Assembly: GCF_006345805.1 (NCBI RefSeq)
Contig: NC_043007.1
Location: forward strand, 70,804,001 to 70,868,000
Source of the DNA: Octopus sinensis
Taxonomy: Eukaryota
DNA: 64,000 nt
Reading direction: 5' to 3'
This document shows, piece by piece, positions 24,926 to 38,059 of this stretch; positions within the stretch are counted from its first letter, which is position 1; each line of letters begins with the position of its first letter. Position numbers and translations under genes: made by a program. The notes under the pieces were generated by a model. That model saw nothing but the letters and a program-made list of their open reading frames with translations, did not search any database and had not been told where the DNA came from.

Positions 24926-25902
24926 GTTTAGAGAATTAATTAGTCAGGTGTCAAAATCCTTCCGTTGCTATTTGCAACTTCATCAATGACATACCTTCTT
25001 TTTCTAATCTGTTCATTTACGATTTTGCTGTTTTTATTTTAACTCTTGTGTTTCTTTGTCACCATTAATCTTTAACTCTATGGTTCATCACCATTAATCT
25101 TTAACTCTATGGTTCATCACACAGTTTCTTTGATACTTTTCAAAATATACATCGCTTTTTTTTTTCTCCTGTTCTCCTGACCAATAATATCTTCTATCTT
25201 TTATATGTTTCACACATCGGATTGTGGCCATGCTGGGGCACTGCCTTGAAGAATTCTTTTAGTTGAATGAATCAACCTCAGTACCTTTCTTTTTTAAAGT
25301 CTATTCCACTTCGTTATTATTTGTCGGTTGGTTAACCATTTATCCAATTAACTAATCAATTGGTTTGATTAATGGTTTAGAAAATCAATCAGTTAGGTTT
25401 GTCAAAATCCTTTTGTTGCCATTCGCACCCCCATCAATGACATACCCTCTCTAACTCTTCTGCTTCTTTGTCTAATTCATTACCATTAATCTTTAACTCT
25501 GTGGCTCATTCCACAATTTCTTTGATACTTTTTAAAGTATACATTGATTTCTCCTGCCTTCCTATCCAATAATGTCTTTAATCTTTTGTCTTTTACTTGT
25601 TCCAGTCAATAGACTGTGGCCATGCTGGGGCACCACCTTGAAGAATTATTTTAGTTGAATGAATCAACCCCAGTACTTATTTTATTTTAAAGCCTGGTAC
25701 TTACTCTTTTGATCCGTTTTGCTGAACCACTAAGTTACGGGGGATATAAACACAGCAACACCAGTTGTCAAGCAGTAGTGGGGGACAAATACAGACAACA
25801 AAGACACATACACATATCGATGTATACAGATATATATATATATGTATGCAAAAACATATACTCTTTTACTTGTTTCAGTTATTTGACTGCCTTTTATGTG
25901 TG

Positions 25903-26012
25903 AAGCTTACAGCACCTAGGTTTCCCAAATGGTCACCCATCTAAATACTAACTAGGCTCGATGTTGCTTAACTTTGGTGATCGGATGAGAACCAGTGCTT
26001 TTGATGTGATAT
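25903..26012 (-). pseudogene. 5S rRNA pseudogene (degenerate, about 10 nt missing at the 5' end)
   Basis: The reverse complement aligns colinearly with metazoan 5S rRNA (GGTTCTCaTCCGATCACCaAAGTTAAGCAAC..GTTAGTAtTTaGATGGGTGACC..TGGGAA..GGTGCTGTAaGCTT); many changes are transitions at CpG. Confidence 0.93.
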
Positions 26013-26457
26013 ATAAACAAACTTTTTTGTTCTTTTGTTTTTGGAAGTGTTGAATGTGTATCATATCATACAGAAAAGAAAGTAATATTTCAAACACAGT
26101 ATAGCCATGAATACAGCAAATAGACTGGGTATTTTAACCTGACAACTTTTTCCGTCATATTAGGGTAAAATATCTAATCTTTCTGCTGTTTTTATGGCTA
26201 TACTACATTTGAAATATTACTTTCTTGCCTGTATAATATATATACATACACACACACAAGAGTTAAGGAACGGATTAGATAATATCCAGGTTACATATTG
26301 TTTCATAGCGAGTGGGACCTAGGAAGTAGTATGGAAAAAATCCATAACCTTCCACTTCAATAAACCAATATTGTTCCTGAAAGTTGCTTATTTTTTATAT
26401 TTTCTATGGTTTGCTTGAAGCTAACGTTCTTCCTACACCTCACTCCTTGGATCTTAC

Positions 26458-26508
<51 letters not shown>

Positions 26509-27007
26509 TGATGGGCTTCTTTCAGTTTCTATCACCTACCATATCCACTCACAAGGCTTTGGTTGACCTGAGGCTAATTAAGAAGACACTTGCCTAAAGT
26601 ACCACTCAGTGGGACTGAACCTGGAACCATGTGATTGGGAAGCAAACTTCTTACCACACTGCCAGGTTTTTGCTTATAAGTAATAATTCTATAAAAAAGA
26701 GGTTTGTAAATAAACTTCCAGAAAGTTCTGTCAGGGCCTGTAAAATAAATGAAATGTAAATAATTGCATTGATTCTTTGGAAAAGATATCATATTTGGAT
26801 TAAGTTATTTTTTACATGAAAACTGATGTAATGACCATGCTGTTAAGAAATTCATTTTACAACCGTGGGGTTGTGAGTTCAATCCCACTTGTGCAATGAC
26901 ACCTTGAGTAAGTGTCTTCTATTCTACCCTTTGGCTGACTAATAATTTGTGAGTGAATGTGGAAGAGAGAAAGCTGGTGTATGTGTGTGTGTGTGTGTGG
27001 AGGGGGC

Positions 27008-27157
27008 ACTAATGTAGCTAGAGGAGGGTAGGGTGATCCGCACTTTTAAAGGAGCACCACTTCTGGGTCTGCAGTAGGCAATATATGTTTTTTGTGGGGT
27101 CTAGGGGCAGCAAAAGGAAGGGCCGCCCCGAGTAGTATGCACTCTAGCTACACTAGC
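27008..27157. mobile_element. GC-rich-TIR MITE
   Basis: ACTAATGTAGCTAGAG / CTCTAGCTACACTAGC inverted termini. Confidence 0.75.
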
Positions 27158-27239
27158 AGGGGTAGGGTTAGCCAAGTAACCCCTCTCTAGTATAACAACT
27201 ATTTCTGTCCCTCTATTAACCCTCATTTGGCTGACCCCT

Positions 27240-27590
27240 CATTTTGTTCACAGCCACTTCCCCTCTGTTCCATTTGCATTTTTAGCTGAGAGGCCTTTGT
27301 TTTGCAAGCTACTTGGCAACCCTGATGGTGCCACATAAAAGTCACCTGTGCTGGTGCCGTGTTAAAAGCACCTGTGCCAATTCCATGTAAGAAGTATCTG
27401 TGCTAGTGCCACATAAAAAAACACTCAGTGCACTCTGTAAAATGGTTGGTGACAGGGAGGGCATCCAGCTGTAGAAACTAAGCCAAAATAGACAATTGAG
27501 GCCTGGTGCAGCCCCTGACCTTACCAGCTCCTCCCGAACCATCCAACACATGCCAGCATGGAAAGCAATGTTAAATGATGACGATGATGT
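27240..27590 (+). mobile_element. SINE family E (RTE-like tail ending in (GAT)n)
   Basis: GAGGGCATCCAGCTGTAGAAAC..CATGCCAGCATGGAAAG..GTTAAATGATGA. Confidence 0.75.
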
Positions 27591-27762
27591 TGATGTGTGC
27601 ATGCTTGTTTGTTTTTGTCCTTCTCCTCTCAATAACTATTGTCAATTTGTTCACATCTCTGTAACTTAGCAGTTCAAGAAGTAGAGACTGATGAAGCAAG
27701 GGTCAGATACTAAATAAATACTAGGATTGATTTGATTGACCAAATACCCTTCAACAATCTAA

Positions 27763-28070
27763 TCATCATCATCCAGTGTTTTAAATCCGGGTTTTGTCCC
27801 TGTTACCAGGGGTGGCTGGATCTACCTCAATGCCAGAGCAACCACCCTCACACCAGCTCACCATCTTGCCCAGTTTTGGGTGTCCTCCTTTTTCAAACCA
27901 ACCCTCCCAATCTCCTCCCCCACCTTTTCCTCGGTCTACCTGGCTTTCGCATTCCATTTACCTCAAACATAATCACCCTCCTCAGAACATGCTCTTCATC
28001 CCTCCTCAACACATGCCCATACCACCTGACTCCATTTGTCCTTGCCAACTATTCCACTACTTCCCCCAAC
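27763..28070 (-). mobile_element. RTE-type LINE 3' end, 5'-truncated
   Basis: The minus strand gives GVRWYGHVLRRDEEHVLRRVIMFEVNGMRKPGRPRKRWGRR, followed by a (GAT)n tail. Confidence 0.82.
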
Positions 28071-29159
28071 CTATTATTATTACATTTACAATTCATTCAA
28101 CCAAAAATTCTTCAAGGTGATGCCCCAGCATGGCCACAGTCTAATGACTGAAACAAGTAAAAGATAAAAAAATTGAAGATTTGGTACCACAATTTGTCTC
28201 CTGACAGTGGTCCTTAGAACCCCTATATTGTGGTTGTTTAGCACCAGGTCAACATTGGTCAACATATTGACCTATGATTAAACATGTTCTGTGACTACAT
28301 CATCCATATCCTTCTCTTTTTAAGATAGTTATGTGTGATTTGAAGGGATTTTGGTTACTTTTTCTAGCAGCTTCAGAAACTTCACAGAGGCTTCCTGCTC
28401 AGACAATCCTATTTCATAGTTATGGTTTAGCTCCAGGTCAACCTCGATCATACAGATCTATGATCAAAGGCATTTCGGCTGTGACCATCCCAACTTTTTC
28501 CAGTGTCAGGAACATAGGACCACAATATTCATGTCCTTTCTCAAGTTGGTATCATGTAATCTGAAGGAGACTTAGCTGCTATTTCTAGCAGGTTGGAGGA
28601 CCACGTAAAGGCTCACCCATCTTATGGTTGAATGAGTAAGATAGAGGAAGGTCTTTGAGGAGTGAACAAATATTTGCTCTTTTGTAAATCTCTGCGCTTC
28701 CAGTTAATTGAGGATGAATGAAAAGCTAAAACTAAAAATAGAAAAATACAATTACAAAAAGTAGAAGTTTATTTTATTTTATATTTTATATTTTATTGTT
28801 AAACTTGTATACAAAAATTGGTTGTCCTGTGTCAAGTCTTTTATCTCACTGCATTCCCCTCTCTTTATCTCACTGTTATTTCCTGTCATATTTGAATTAA
28901 AAGGAAGATAAAAATAAGGAATTAAGGAGTGTTGACAGTTCTTCTAATCAGCTTCTGAACCTGCTTTCTGCTCTGTTTTTATTGTTCTCTGGTGGTATGA
29001 GACTCTTAAAAGTACACTTACTACAATGTGTTACTATGTTAGTCCTTGTTTAGTTTAGTGTTAACACAATGTCTACATTCTTGTTTTCTCTGTCTTTGAG
29101 TCATTGAACCATGTCAGGTCATTGCTTCCAAGGGATTTTGAGTCAGCTATATCAACCCT

Positions 29160-29385
29160 CGAGCTGGCAGAAACGTTAGCGCACCGGGTGAAATGCTTAG
29201 CGGTATTTCGTCTGTCGTTACGTTCCGAGTTCAAATTCCGCCGAGGTCAACTTTGCCTTTCATCCTTTCGGAGTCAGTAAAGAAAGTACCAGTTACGTAC
29301 TGAGGTCGATATAATCAACTTAATCCCTTTGTCTGTCCTTGTTTGTCCCCTCTATATTTAGCTCCTTGTGGGTAGTTAAGAAATA
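29160..29385 (+). mobile_element. SINE family B, young, with TSD TATATCAACCCT
   Basis: CpG-retaining copy flanked by a 12-bp direct repeat. Confidence 0.93.
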
Positions 29386-29657
29386 TATATCAACCCTGAT
29401 TCTTTGTCTGGAACTTATTTCGTAGTTCTTCAAAGATATGAAATGCAAACTACCATATTTGATGGTATATAAAATGCACTTTTTCCCCCCATAAAATATC
29501 TCATAAAAAAAAAAAAGAAACACCCCTTCCCCACCAAACCTCTACACTGGGTCCCATATGAAAAGCTGGGTTTCCTATGAGTTTATTTTGTCCCTGAATG
29601 CACTAAAAACTTTTCTTCTGAATTTGTGCTGCTGAAATTGGGATGTGTGTTTTATAC

Positions 29658-29833
29658 CAGTGCTCTGCAACCTGTATGCTGTGGTACACTGGTGTGCCAC
29701 GGGACGATGCTTGGTGTGCCACAGTGTAACCTGATTATAATTTTTTTCCTTATACCTTTAGTAACATTTTTAGTTTAGGTGTGCTGTTGAATTTTGAAAA
29801 AAATGTAAGTGTACTGCAATTGAGAAAAAGTTA
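29658..29833. mobile_element. hAT-like MITE (same family as 24399-24925)
   Basis: CAGTGCTCTGCAACC start; the body aligns; the right end is decayed. Confidence 0.75.
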
Positions 29834-29858
29834 CTTCTGGGTATTTCTGTTTGATATA

Positions 29859-30293
29859 GGCGTAGAAGTGGCTGTGTGGTAAGTAGCTTGCTTATGAACC
29901 ACATGGTTCTGGGTTCAGTCCCACTGCGTGGCACCTTGGCCAAGTGTCTTCTACTATAGTTTCAGTCTCAGGCCGACCAAAGCCTTGTGAATGGATTTGG
30001 TAGATGGAAACTGAAAGACGCCCGTCGTATATATATATATATATTATATATATATATATTATATATATATATATATATGTATGTGTATGTGTCTGTGTTT
30101 GTCCCCCTAACATAGATTGATAACCAATGCTGGTGTGTTTACGTCCCCATAACTTAGCAGCTTGGCAAAAGAAACTGATAGAATAAGTACGAGGCTTACA
30201 AAGAATAAGTCCTGGGGTCGATTTGCTTGACTAAAGGCGGTGCTCCAGCATGGCCACAGTCAAATGACTGAAACAAATAAAAGAATAAAAGAG
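29859..30293 (+). mobile_element. SINE family A
   Basis: Full-length copy. Confidence 0.93.
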
Positions 30294-30988
30294 TATATTT
30301 AGACAGATTGAAGGTGGCTAGCTGGCAGAATCATTAGCATGCTGGATAAAGTGCTTAGCAGCATTTTGTCTGTCTTCTAGATTCCGAGTTCAAATTTTGC
30401 CAAGGTTGGCTTTGCCTTTCATCCTTTCAGGGTTGATAAATTAAATTCCTTGTTGAGCACTGGGGGTCAATGTAATTGACAGTTTGATAAGATTCTGTAA
30501 TCCACAGGGCTGTGCCAAGTTCCAGTGTGTGTTTTGGCAAGGTTTCTGTGGCTGGATGTCTTTCCAAATGCCAACCACTTAAGAATATGTATTAACTCAG
30601 AGGTTGCTGAGTAAGTTGTGAGAGAGAGAGAGAGGAAAGAACAAGGGAAAGGAAAAAGGGGGAAAAAATACTTTTGACTAAATAGGGGTGGTGGTGGAAT
30701 ATTTGAGAGGGTGGAGAGGTAGCTTAATGCCAAGGACAAATAGAGTGGGTGCCTTAAGTGTCTTGCTATAGAGAAGATTCATGGCTAGCTTATATTTTAT
30801 AAGGGTGGGCGTATTCTGGAAAAAGTTAAGATGGTAGTGATGGAATGCTAAAAAACACCTCCGAAAAACTCGCACTCCTTCGGTTACAATGAAGAGGGTT
30901 CCAGTTGGCTCAATCAATGGAACAACCTGTTTGGGAAATTAACAATTATGTGGCTGAGTACTTCACAGACACGCACACTCTTAATGTA

Positions 30989-31543
30989 TTGGGTTGTCTG
31001 GAAAGTTTGTGCCAATTTTTAAAGGAAAGAAAAAGGTCAATAAATACATTTTTAATCAACCAAATATGAACCATTTTGTTGCACAATGCGTCTCCATCTT
31101 TCCTTTAACTTGAAAATACCCACTTCTCAGAATTGAGGTGGTTTCATGGCAAAGAATTCATCAAGGTATCTTTTTACGTCATCCAAGGAATTGAAATTTT
31201 TACCATTAAGACGATTCTGCAGAGACCTGAATAAGTGGAAATCCGAAGGAGCAATATCTGGGGAATATGGAGGGTGGGGTAACATATCCCAGCAGAGCTG
31301 CAGCAATTTTTGTTAATTCCCAAAGCATCAAGTGCCAAAAATGAACTTTCTTATCTTCCATTTTAAAGGGTTACAAAATTAACACAGGTTATAGGAACAT
31401 AAACCTTCTTCCATGAAAAGATAGCTTAAACTGTGCTCTAAATGGAGGTGTAGTAAAATCCAATTTTATGGACTCAACTATGTTCTAAAATAAGTCAAAA
31501 AGTAAGCTACTATATATCAGCACAAACTTTCCGGATAACCCAA
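30989..31543 (-). mobile_element. Internally deleted mariner with TA TSD, inserted in a family D-type SINE
   Basis: TIRs TTGGGTTGTCTGGAAAGTTTGTGC / GCACAAACTTTCCGGATAACCCAA, TA on both sides; it is the reverse complement of 44167-44733. Confidence 0.95.
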
Positions 31544-32024
31544 TAGTTCTCAAGGAGATTCAGTTTGACACAGGGTGTGACAAGGCTGGACCTTTGAATT
31601 ACAGGTGCTACTAATTTTTCCCAGCCGAATGAATTGAAGCAGCGTGAAATAAAGCATCTTGCTCAAAGACACAGTGTGCCACTAGAAATAGAACTTATGA
31701 CCTTACAATTGTGAGCCAAATACCCTAACCATTAAACCATGCTCCTACATGATGTATTGCTAAGAACTACAGAAATACAGGTATTGGTTCTGTTATATAT
31801 GACCCTTCAAATATACAAGATTCACCTTGAATTTATGCTAAATGAATAAACAAATAAACCCACATCAATTAGAGCGCAGTGGCTAAGTTAGTTAAGGTAT
31901 AGGATGTTTGCCTGTTCAGTAAGGTTGTGTCTCTCCAGGCAAAAAATATATATAACTTTATTTCATTACTACCCAATTAACGATCAATTAGTTTGACTCT
32001 GTGTTTCTGTCCATCTGTGTGTGC

Positions 32025-32055
<31 letters not shown>

Positions 32056-32400
32056 CATTAACGCGCGTATGTGCTATTTCTTCTGTTAATCTCTTTAAGC
32101 AGATTTTTCCAACCAGGAAACTAGTGCATGCTTGTGTGTGTGTGTGATTGTGTGCGTGTGACTTTCTGTGACAGTGGTATTTAGTTGTCTATGTTTTGTT
32201 TTTTTAATCATTTTTCAAATATCTTGCTATGTACTATAAATATGTAATACTGAAAATGTGCTTGTAGCAAACCATTTCCCTTATTTATAAGCATAATATA
32301 CACTCATTTGAACATCAAACCTTCATTTCATAAAGCAAATATAACCTGTAATGCCCAGCTAAAATCTCTGACTTATTCTAAATACACACAACAGGATGGT

Positions 32401-32764
32401 TTGACTCTTTAGTATTCAGGTTACTCTCTCAAATGTAATGTTTATTTAATCACATTTTGTTTTCAATAAATCATGTATTTTCTCATTGCTTCGAAATTTT
32501 GATGATTTGATTTACTCTTTATTCTTTACTCTTTACTCTTTTACTTGTTTCAGTTATTTGACTGCGGCCATGCTGGAGCACCGCCTTTAGTCGAGCAAAT
32601 CGACCCCAGGACTTATTCTTTGGAAGCCTAGTACTTATTCTATCGGTCACTTTTTGCCGAACTGCTAAGTTATGGGGACATAAACACACCAGCATCTATT
32701 GTCAAGCGATGTTGGAGGGGAACAAACATAGACACAAAAACATATACACACACATACATATATA

Positions 32765-32804
<40 letters not shown>

Positions 32805-32843
32805 CATGTGTGTATATATATATATGTATATATATATATATGC

Positions 32844-32876
<33 letters not shown>

Positions 32877-32899
32877 CACACATGTGTGTGTGTGTATAT

Positions 32900-32987
<88 letters not shown>

Positions 32988-33588
32988 TATATACAGGAAG
33001 TGCAATGGCCCAGTGGTTAAGGCACCGGACTTGCGGTTGGAGGATCGCGGTTTCAATTCCCAGACTGGGCGTTGTGTGTGTTTATTGAGCGAAAACACCA
33101 GCAGGGGGTGGTGGCGACCCCTGTTGTACTCTTTTGCCACAACTTTCTCTCGCTCTCTCTTCCTGTTTCTTTAGCAACGCTGCGATGGACTGGCGTCCCG
33201 TCTAGTTCTGGGGGAACACAAATGCCACAGAAACCGGGAAACTGGACCCATGAGCCTGGCTAGGCTTGAAAAGGACGACTTTTTTTTTTTTACATATATA
33301 CGACAGTCTTCTTTCAGTTTCTGTCTACCAAATCCACTCACAAGGCTTTGGCTAGCCCGAGGCTATAGTAGAAGACACTTGCCCAAGGTGCCACACAGTG
33401 GGAATGAACCTGGAACCATGTGGTTGATAAGCAAGCTATTTACCACACAGCCACTCCTGCACCTATAATTGTTTATTTTTAGAGTGATATTGTAGGTTAA
33501 GTGTGATAGGCAAGATCTGGGTGGTTTAAACATAATGCTGATAAAATATTTGGGCTGGATGTGGCTGGATTAAATGTTAAGGGTTTAA
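32401..33588. mobile_element. piggyBac-like MITE family 2, split by SINE A (32514-33463, minus), which itself contains SINE C (32996-33290, plus)
   Basis: Flanks 32401-32513 and 33466-33588 join to match 40136-40362; SINE motifs are clear. Confidence 0.8.
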
Positions 33589-33683
33589 ACTCTGCTGTGA
33601 CGACTATATCTCTTCCTTCTCTTCATTAATTTCACTTTCCATTACATAAAGGGCTGAAGGGTTTTCTTCTTGTATTTCTGTTT

Positions 33684-34044
33684 AGGTACAGGCTTAGCTA
33701 TGTGGTTAAGAAGCTTGCCTCCCAACCATGTGTTCTTGGTTTCAGTCCCACTGTGTGATGTTTTGGGCAAGTGTCTTCTACTATAGCCCTGGGTCAACCA
33801 ATGCTTCGTGAGTGAATTTGGTAGATGGAAACTGAAAGAATCCCATTGTTTTGTGTGTATGTGTTTGTGTTTGTCCCTCATTACTGCTTGACAACTGGTG
33901 TTGGTTTGTTTATGTCCCTGTAACTTAGCGATTTGGCAAAAGAGACGAATAGAATTAGTCCCAGGCTTAAAAAAAAAAAATCTTTCAAGACAGTGCTTCA
34001 GCATGGCCACAGTTCAATAGCTGAAACAAATAAAAGGTAAAAGA
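33684..34044 (+). mobile_element. SINE family A, older subfamily
   Basis: Family motifs present. Confidence 0.85.
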
Positions 34045-34562
34045 TATGTTGAAAACAAGGGATGGCATTAATTCTCTGGTTTATTCCTTGTTGGACACCA
34101 ACAGGAAGAAACTGATTTAAAGAAGGAAATCAATCAATATCTCATTGAAAATTGATCTATTACACTCACCAGATGACTATCAAGTTATAAACTGTATTTT
34201 ATGAAGTAATTAATTGTTAAGATTTTCAATGGAAAAGTAATCTTTGACCATTATATATTCCAAGGTGAAACAGAAAAGAGAAACATACCTGTTACTCACC
34301 AGGATCATATTTCCCACTCAGGTATTACCTACCATAATTATGTACCCATCACTCCCATAAACTGTATCTATTACTTTTTGGCTAAATGTTTTATTGATTA
34401 ATCCACAAAGTATCTGTAAATCCCTTGTCTCAGATTAGCCTCTTCTAATCTATTCTTTTCTCTTCTATTAGTAACTCAATACGGCTAGTTTTAACTTCAC
34501 AAAATAATTGGTCAATTACTTAAGAAAGCAAAACAAGTTGAACTCCAAATATAGATATTTAT

Positions 34563-34925
34563 ATCTTTTATCTTTTACTTGTTTCATTCATTGGATCATG
34601 GTCATGCTGGGGCATTACGCCAAAGGTTGTAATTCAACAAATAAACCCTAGTACTTATTTTAAGTCTGGTGTATCCTGTCAATCTCTTTTGTCAAACTGC
34701 TAAGTGATGGTAGGATACAAGCATAACACAGACACACACAGATAGATACCCCGCCAACACCACCACTAAACAGGTTTCTTTCAGTTTCTATCTGCCAAAT
34801 CCATTTGCAAGGCTTTAGTTGGACTGTAGTATAAGATATTTGCCCAAGGTGCCCTGCTGTGGGACTGAACCAGGAACCATGTATTTGGGGAGTAAGCTTC
34901 TTATGCACACATCCACACCTATGCC
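34563..34925 (-). mobile_element. SINE family A, older subfamily
   Basis: Family motifs present, degenerate. Confidence 0.8.
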
Positions 34926-35199
34926 AAAATATAATAATGTTCAACATGTCAAGGTGTTCAAGCTTAATTCAATCTTTTTGTTTGTTTTGGTTTTAAGATT
35001 GTTTTGAATTTATTCTAATAAAAAATCCTATAAAAACTGTTTTGCTTCCCTGTTGAACTTTATTCCTCTCATTTTAGATTTTTACACAACACCCATGTTC
35101 CCTTTCCCTAAAAGTGAAGGGCATTTTTTTTTGTAGTGAGATAATTAACATATACATGTTAACATCATTATTATCTTCATTATCCTCATTACTAAAGCA

Positions 35200-36152
35200 A
35201 TGAGTTAGCAGAATCATTAATACGTTGGGCAAAATGCTTAGCAGCATTTCGTCCGTCTTTACATTTTGAGTTGAAATTCTGGCGAGGTTGACTTTGCCTT
35301 TCATCCTTTTGGGGGGTCGATAAAATAAGTACCTGTTAAACACTGGAGTCAAAATAATTGACTCATCTCCTTTCCCAAAATTGCTAACCTTGTGGCCAAA
35401 TTTGAAACCATTATTATTATGACTAGTGGGACCCATGAAAATTCCATAGTGTAAGTTAGCATATTTGAAAACATTAATATTTTCTTTTCTATTCTAGGCA
35501 CAAGGCCCGAAATTTTGGGGAAGGGGGACCAGTTGATTAGATGCAACTGGTACTTAATTTATTGACCCTGAAAGGATGAAAGGCAAAATTGACCTTGATG
35601 AAATTTGAACTCAGAACGTAAAGACATGAAATACCAATCAGCATTTCGCCTGGGGTGCTAATGTATCTTATTTCTTTATTGCCTATTTCTTTACTACCCA
35701 CAAAGGGCTAAACACAGAGGAGACAAACAAGGACAGATAGACGGATTAAGTTGATTATATCGACTCCAGTGCATAACTGGTACTTAATTTATCGACCCCG
35801 AAAGGATGAAAGGCAAAGTCGACCTTGGCGGAATTGGAACTCAGGATGTAACAGCAGACGAAATACCATTAAGCATTTCGCCCGATGTGCTTACGTTTCT
35901 GCCAGCTCACTGCCTTAAAACATTAATATATTAAACATGAGTAACTTAAAAATAATAATAGTGATTTCAAATTTTGGGGAAGTGTTAAGTCTATTACATC
36001 ACCCCCATTGCTCATTTATTTTACTTATTTTAAGTAATGGATGAAAGGCAGAGTCAACTTAGGTGGAATTTGAACTCAGAAAATAAAGACAAATGAAATG
36101 CCACTTAGCATTTTGCCTTACATGCTAATGATTCTGCCAGCTCACCACCTTA
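35200..36152. mobile_element. Cluster of four SINE family B copies (35200-35415 plus; about 35485-35670, 35675-35915 and 35960-36152 minus)
   Basis: Repeated GAAAGGATGAAAGGCAAAG / CTTTGCCTTTCATCC cores. Confidence 0.85.
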
Positions 36153-36184
36153 ATTGTAATAATAATAGTAATTATTATTACACA

Positions 36185-36595
36185 GTGCAGGAGTGGCTGT
36201 GTGGTAAGTAGCTTGCTAACCAACCACATGGTTCCGGGTTCAGTCCCACTGCGTAGCATCTTGGGCAAGTGTTTTCTGCTATAGCCCCGGGCCGACCAAT
36301 GCCTTGTGAGTGGATTTGGTAGACGGAAACTGAAAGAAGCCTGTCGTATATATGTATATATATATATGTATGTGTGTTTGTTTGTGTGTCTGTGTTTGTC
36401 CCCCTAGCACTGCTTGACAACCGATGCTGGTGTGTTTATGTCCCCGTTACTGAGCGGTTCGGCAAAAGAGACCGATAGAATAAGTACTGGGCTTAGAAAA
36501 AGAATAAGTCCCGGTGTCGAGTTGCTTGATTAAAGGCGGTGCTCCAGTATGGCTGCAGTCAAATGACTGAAACGAGTAAAAGAGTAAAAGAGAGT
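36185..36595 (+). mobile_element. SINE family A
   Basis: Full-length copy. Confidence 0.93.
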
Positions 36596-36683
36596 AATTG
36601 ATATTTTTTCTATGTTAGTTTGATCAGTAAGCGTTTTTGCTTTAAAAAAAAACCTCATGCATTGGAAAAGTCTCTATGTATCA

Positions 36684-36933
36684 TGAGTCACTTCGAGCAA
36701 AAGTCAACAACAACAAAAGTTGGCAGGAATGATGAAAGGGGATGGAATTTGGTTTTAAACCATATTGAGGCTGACTCAGAGATGAGGAACAGCTAAAATG
36801 TAACAGATTCTATAAATTCGGACTGACTCAGAATGGAACGTTTAGTGCATGGAACTGTTGGATTCTGAATTGTGTTTAATGATGCATGGAATGACATGAA
36901 AAAGATGAATCTGAAGGTGGAATGTTGTTTACA
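36684..36933. promoter_or_regulatory. Candidate enhancer: 3 AP-1 sites, 3 TEAD-type GGAATG, 1 forkhead TGTTTAC
   Basis: TGAGTCA at 36684, TGACTCA at 36772 and 36824; GGAATG at 36726, 36888 and 36919; TGTTTAC at about 36927; all in unique sequence. Confidence 0.45.
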
Positions 36934-37673
36934 TGATACAAACCTCTGTTACGAACCATCAAGTGCAATGTGAACTCAGATTTGGCTCTCTGTTAGACTT
37001 GCATCACTTTACTTACAAACGCTTATTTAATTGGAAGAAAATCTATGAATGTCATAACTCTTATTTTTCTCTTCCTTCAAAACCTTGAATTCTTTTTTAG
37101 TAGTTTTATTTTTATTTATATTTTATTTCTGCAAGATGATATATAGCTTTTGTTTTTTTGTTTTTTATTTATTCTCATACATAAAAAGTACTTGTACTTA
37201 ATTACATAAATAATCCATCATGAATTTCATGTTTACATTGAGAAAGGACAATACTGTCATCCTGAACCCTAACCCCATATTACCCAAAGCTGCTATAAAA
37301 ACTGAATACTATGTCATTGGATTATATTCCTGACTATAACTGTTTATTCTCCTAATTTTTTCTTTTATTTTTTTTGTTTATATTTTGTAGAGAGCCCAAC
37401 CCCATCCCATTTAGCTTTTTACTGAAGAAAACCTTGCAATGAAAGAAAGAAAAGAAAAGCTTTAGGTTTAGATATGTTTTCAGAGAATACAAAGAAAGTA
37501 TGTCAAGACATGATGTGTGAAAATAACATTTTAAATCTAAAATATGTTTTTATAACAAAACTCTGGACTTGTTTTATTAGCTTCTATAACAATTTTTTTG
37601 ATGTAATTGTGTCATTATACCTGTTACTGTAATTATAGTAATAAGGTAATTATGGTATCTTATTTTAGATTGT

Positions 37674-38008
37674 GGAGGCGCATGGCTCAGTGGTTTGAGT
37701 GTCAGGCTCACAATCATAAGGTAGTGAGTTTGATTCCAGGACCAGGCTGTGTGTTGTGTTCTTGAGAAGGCATTTTATTTTGCATTGCTTCACATCACTC
37801 AGCTTTAGAAATGAGTTGCGACATCACTGGTGCCAAGCTGTATTAGCTTTCGTCTTTCCCTTGGACACCATTGATGGTGTGGAGAGGGGATACTGGTATC
37901 CATGGGCGACTGCTCGTCTTTCATAAACAAACCTTGCCTGGACTTGTGCCTTGGAGGGTAACTTTCTAGGTGCAATCCCATGGTCATTCATGACTGAAAG
38001 GGGTCTTA
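37674..38008 (+). mobile_element. tRNA-headed SINE, family D head with an RTE-like 3' part
   Basis: GGAGGCGCATGGCTCAGTGG head, B-box GTTTGATTCC, CORE-like domain and GGTAACTTTCTAGGTGCAATCCCATGG tail. Confidence 0.8.
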
Positions 38009-38059
38009 TTATTGTAGATTAGTTTTAGGGTTCATTGGAATCTAGGAACATCAGCACAT

